Of a DNA stretch of 64,000 nucleotides, positions 61,226 to 64,000 are shown in pieces. The notes under the pieces were generated by a model that saw nothing but the letters and a program-made list of their open reading frames with translations, did no database searches and was not told where the DNA came from. This stretch comes from Terriglobales bacterium. GTDB lineage: Bacteria; Acidobacteriota; Terriglobia; Terriglobales; Acidobacteriaceae. How positions within the stretch are numbered: the first letter of the stretch is position 1; every line of letters begins with the position of its first letter. The DNA lies in contig DATBAT010000258.1 of the NCBI GenBank assembly GCA_036271375.1, positions 14,813 to 78,812 on the forward strand. The letters run 5' to 3'. The position numbers and the translations under genes were made by a program.

Positions 61226-61965
61226 ACGATCGGCTCCGTGGCGTTGGAAGATCAGATTCCAGCCGATCATCCGCTGCGTGGAGTAGGGAAGCTGTTGGAC
61301 GCGGTATTGGCCGGGATGTCGAAGGACTTCGATGGACTTCATGCGAAGGTAGGGGGGCCCTCATTTGCGCGGAGCGGCTGTTGATGAGCAGCTCAAACTA
61401 CGACCTGCTTTTCCACTGGTTCGTGGGAATGGAGATCGACGGGGAAGTGTAGAACCACGCAGTGTTCAGCACGGGTCGCGAGCGGTTGCTGAATCAAGAT
61501 TTGGCCCAGAAATTCTCCGGCCGGGTGAAAGAGCAGGCGACGGGGCAGATTTCGGACAAGCACTTCTCGGTGGATGGCACACTGATCGAGGCTTGGGTGC
61601 GGCAAAGAGGCCTCGCCGGAACGGAGATGACGAGACCATGGGTGGAGGAGATTCCCACGGCGAACCGAGCCGTAAACCGCGCGCACGGATCCCGAACGAG
61701 CCGGAAAGCACGACTCTATAAGAAGTCGTCTGGACAAAAGACCAAGCTGACTACCTGGGGCATACCTTGGTGGAGAAGCGGAACCGTTTAATCGCAACAG
61801 CGATGACGACGCAGGCGGATGGCCGGACAGAGCGCGATGCGACCCTATCAATGTTGCAGGAATTACGCAGGGGTGAAGCGGCCGGATCACGACGGGAACG
61901 AACAAAGCCTATGACACTCGAGACTTCACCAGCAGGGGATTGCATGAAAAAAGCGTAACTCGGGA
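61226..61965 (+). pseudogene. Frameshifted, 3'-truncated IS5/IS1182-like DDE transposase remnant
   Basis: Pieces in three frames: 'LEDQIPADHPLRGVGKLLDAVLAGMSKDFDGLHAKVGGPS', 'ERLLMSSSNYDLLFHWFVGMEIDGEV*', 'FSTGRERLLNQDLA...KHFSVDGTLIEAW', 'ARLYKKSSGQKTKL' and 'TNKAYDTRDF'. They follow the order of the intact family (...ADHPLR...YNLLFRWFVGL...FSKNRDRLL...HFSVDGTLIEAW...ARLYKK...DKAYDTRDF) with stops and frameshifts. Confidence 0.75.
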
Positions 61966-62749
61966 CATCTCTTTTTTCCTTTGCCCAAATGAAAACGTTG
62001 GAATGTTAAGGCAAATACCGATGAGCTTTTCTGCGTTCCATCGACTTACGATGCCTGCCTTCCTGTATGAGTTGAGCGAAGAGTCAAGCGAAATTAACTC
62101 GTGCTATACAAGTGGAAGAAGTTGCCTATAGCTTACAAATGGCTGGCGAGGAAACACGTTTCGGGGAGCGCTCTGTCATGACTGCGTAGATTCACCGAAC
62201 ACAGCAAGCTACAGTTACCCAGTTTTAGATGTATTGGCTTGGATGAAAATAATGGTAGGAGAATAATGCTCTCTGAAGGGCTTACAGCCCCAACCAGCAG
62301 GCGTTTCGGGGCGACATCTATCAATACGATTGCTGCACACTGTTTCGCGTAGAGGATGATACTTCCGCGACAGGGGTAACATTTGTAACGGTGTCATTTA
62401 CTTACTGTTGTTTCGTACTTTAATGCAAATTGTATTGTCAATTGCCCTGAAGTTGGGAAGTATACTCATGCTCCTCAGCCGCAAACGCGTGACGACGGTG
62501 TACTGGCCTTGTCAAGGTGCGACACACCAGAAGTATCCCCGTTCTTCCGGCACGCATGACTCAAAGATAGCCAAGTTGATCCCGTGGAACTGTGGTTCGG
62601 GGGCCGGTTCGCAGGTATAAGGAGAGCAGCCAAAGGCTCGCCAGTCTGAACACGCAATTAATAGGACTCGCATTGGAGAGAAAAGAACCAACGCACCGAT
62701 AACGACCCTAAAAACGTGGGTGCCCGCGCTTAATCCCTAGTTTTTTCTG

Positions 62750-64000
62750 TTACTTCTTCGTTGCCTTCTGTTCGCCGGTTACGGCGAACAAAAGAAGAGC
62801 CGTATCTCCTGCCGCATAGCCCGAGCCCGTTACATTTGGCCGGCTGACTAATGGCCGGGTTTCGGGGAGCGGATCCATCTCGATCCGCAAGCGCGCGATG
62901 GGCTTGTGTTTCACCGCGACGGAATACAAAAGGGTTCGGTACTCCTCGTGGACCGGATTTCTGGTGAACCGGATAACCTGCGGAGCGAGAACGGCAACCG
63001 GATTGGTGCGGGTTGCTACTGCCAGGACATTGCTGCGCGCCAGTTCCAGACCCCATCGGAGCGGGATGAGCTGTTGTTCCCCATCTTTATAGATGACCAC
63101 ATACTTTCCTGCGGGCCCGCCGACTTCTCCGCGCGTCGGATAGCCGTCAGGTAGAGTGCTGTTCCCGAGGAAATGCAGCCGGTCACAGCTCAGGTTGTCC
63201 AAGGGGATTTCCACGCTCTTGCCATTCAGGACGACGGCGGGCCTGGTGTGGCTTTCGATTTGCGCGGTAGTGAATGGAATGGGACCGACTTGCGCTAGCG
63301 CAGCGTCCCACGTCCAGAAGGTTTCTCCGGAATCCTGCCAGTAGTGCTCTGACATCTGATTGGAGATCCAGTAATCGCTCATGGACTTTTCGAACTGCCT
63401 CCAATCACCGCTTTGGCTATCGGCGCTCTGATTAGCGACGATGGACTGAATAGCTATTGGCGAGAAAATGCTGTCCGGATCGGCATCCAATTTGCCGGTC
63501 GGCAGAAATTCGGGATCGCGTGACGGCGCGGGGACAGCTTCGCCGGGAGAGTAGCGATACAGTTCCGCGAGCCGGGAGAACACCTCGTGTTTAACCTTGC
63601 GGTCTTGTGTGACCACACCTTCCACCAGTATGCCGTTTTCCATGGAAAGATCTTCGCGTCCGAACTCCGCCATGTCAGCCCACTCCCAGAACCAATGGCC
63701 GGCGAGCTTGCCTTCTTGCACAAGCTTTCCCAGAGCTTGCACTTCTCTATCCATCATTAAAGGCAGGCGGCCAACCGGTCCGGCCCACTCAGAAAAGATC
63801 AACGGCTTGGTGCTGTAGACGGCGGCCACTTTTACAAAGTCCTGCGGATCGAAGGTGTAGGGATGCGCGGTGTAGAAATCAAACCCGGCATCATCGAACA
63901 TCTGCTTTAGCGTTTCTGGTTTGTCATCAGGTGAGATGGCGCCGGGCATCGAAACGAATAATCCCGGCGCCAGCTTCTGAACGCGGTCTCGCGCGCTACG
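62750..64000 (-). CDS. Glycoside-hydrolase-like protein, 5' partial (continues beyond the window)
   Basis: The frame stays open upstream of Met 63949 to the window edge (...RSARDRVQKLAPGLFVSMPGAIS...). 'KPLIFSEWAGP' resembles a clan GH-A nucleophile motif. The C-terminal beta-rich domain is unassigned. Confidence 0.5.
   Translation of the reverse strand, partial: RSARDRVQKLAPGLFVSMPGAISPDDKPETLKQMFDDAGFDFYTAHPYTFDPQDFVKVAAVYSTKPLIFSEWAGPVGRLPLMMDREVQALGKLVQEGKLAGHWFWEWADMAEFGREDLSMENGILVEGVVTQDRKVKHEVFSRLAELYRYSPGEAVPAPSRDPEFLPTGKLDADPDSIFSPIAIQSIVANQSADSQSGDWRQFEKSMSDYWISNQMSEHYWQDSGETFWTWDAALAQVGPIPFTTAQIESHTRPAVVLNGKSVEIPLDNLSCDRLHFLGNSTLPDGYPTRGEVGGPAGKYVVIYKDGEQQLIPLRWGLELARSNVLAVATRTNPVAVLAPQVIRFTRNPVHEEYRTLLYSVAVKHKPIARLRIEMDPLPETRPLVSRPNVTGSGYAAGDTALLLFAVTGEQKATKK

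Noticed and set aside
1-64000. Search by eye for CRISPR arrays, tRNA/rRNA genes, integrase/att sites and toxin-antitoxin or classical defence-system genes
   Set aside because: No spaced direct-repeat arrays, cloverleaf-like segments, rRNA-like stretches, recombinase genes or recognisable defence genes were seen. A proper tRNAscan/Infernal/DefenseFinder run would be needed to exclude them.

Overview
GC-rich bacterial chromosomal window. All family calls come from reading the supplied translations and the DNA by eye; no searches were run. Gene content looks Acidobacteria-like, which is inference only. The supporting genes are a CarboxypepD_reg-type TonB-dependent receptor, an ASPIC/UnbV FG-GAP protein, and an ECF sigma coupled to a Ser/Thr-kinase-PD40 fusion.

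Five blocks:
1. 1-13.5 kb holds envelope and sensory genes. These are a TBDR-TPR-ASPIC operon, a GH43-like hydrolase, an SMP-30 lactonase, and a FecR / DUF3365-HAMP / CsgG-like operon.
2. 13.95-31.6 kb is the stand-out. It is a tightly coupled non-flagellar type III secretion (T3SS) locus: sctI-like, sctJ, sctL, sctN, sctO, sctP, sctQ, sctR, sctS, sctT, sctU, sctV, needle-family genes and TPR chaperones. It also keeps flagellum-type traits: a FliA-like sigma factor, a clear FliO homologue, and a repeated AGCAAC-N16/17-CGATAA promoter-like motif. Phospho-threonine signalling parts are present too: an FHA domain fused to SctQ, an FHA-TM mini protein, and flanking Hanks kinases. No secretin, full-length SctD, gatekeeper, recognisable translocators or flagellar rod/hook/motor genes are seen in the window.
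3. 31.6-45.2 kb holds signalling and orphan genes. These are a tandem pseudokinase, an STK with repeated C-terminal modules, an ECF sigma plus STK-PD40, a decayed DNRLRE/FN3 gene, a low-GC orphan, and a clan GH-A-like hydrolase.
4. 45.4-60.7 kb is a 13-gene Wzx/Wzy-type exopolysaccharide locus on the minus strand.
5. 61.2-64.0 kb holds a frameshifted IS remnant, an AT-rich non-coding stretch, and a 5'-partial hydrolase-like gene.

No rRNA, tRNA or CRISPR array was recognised.
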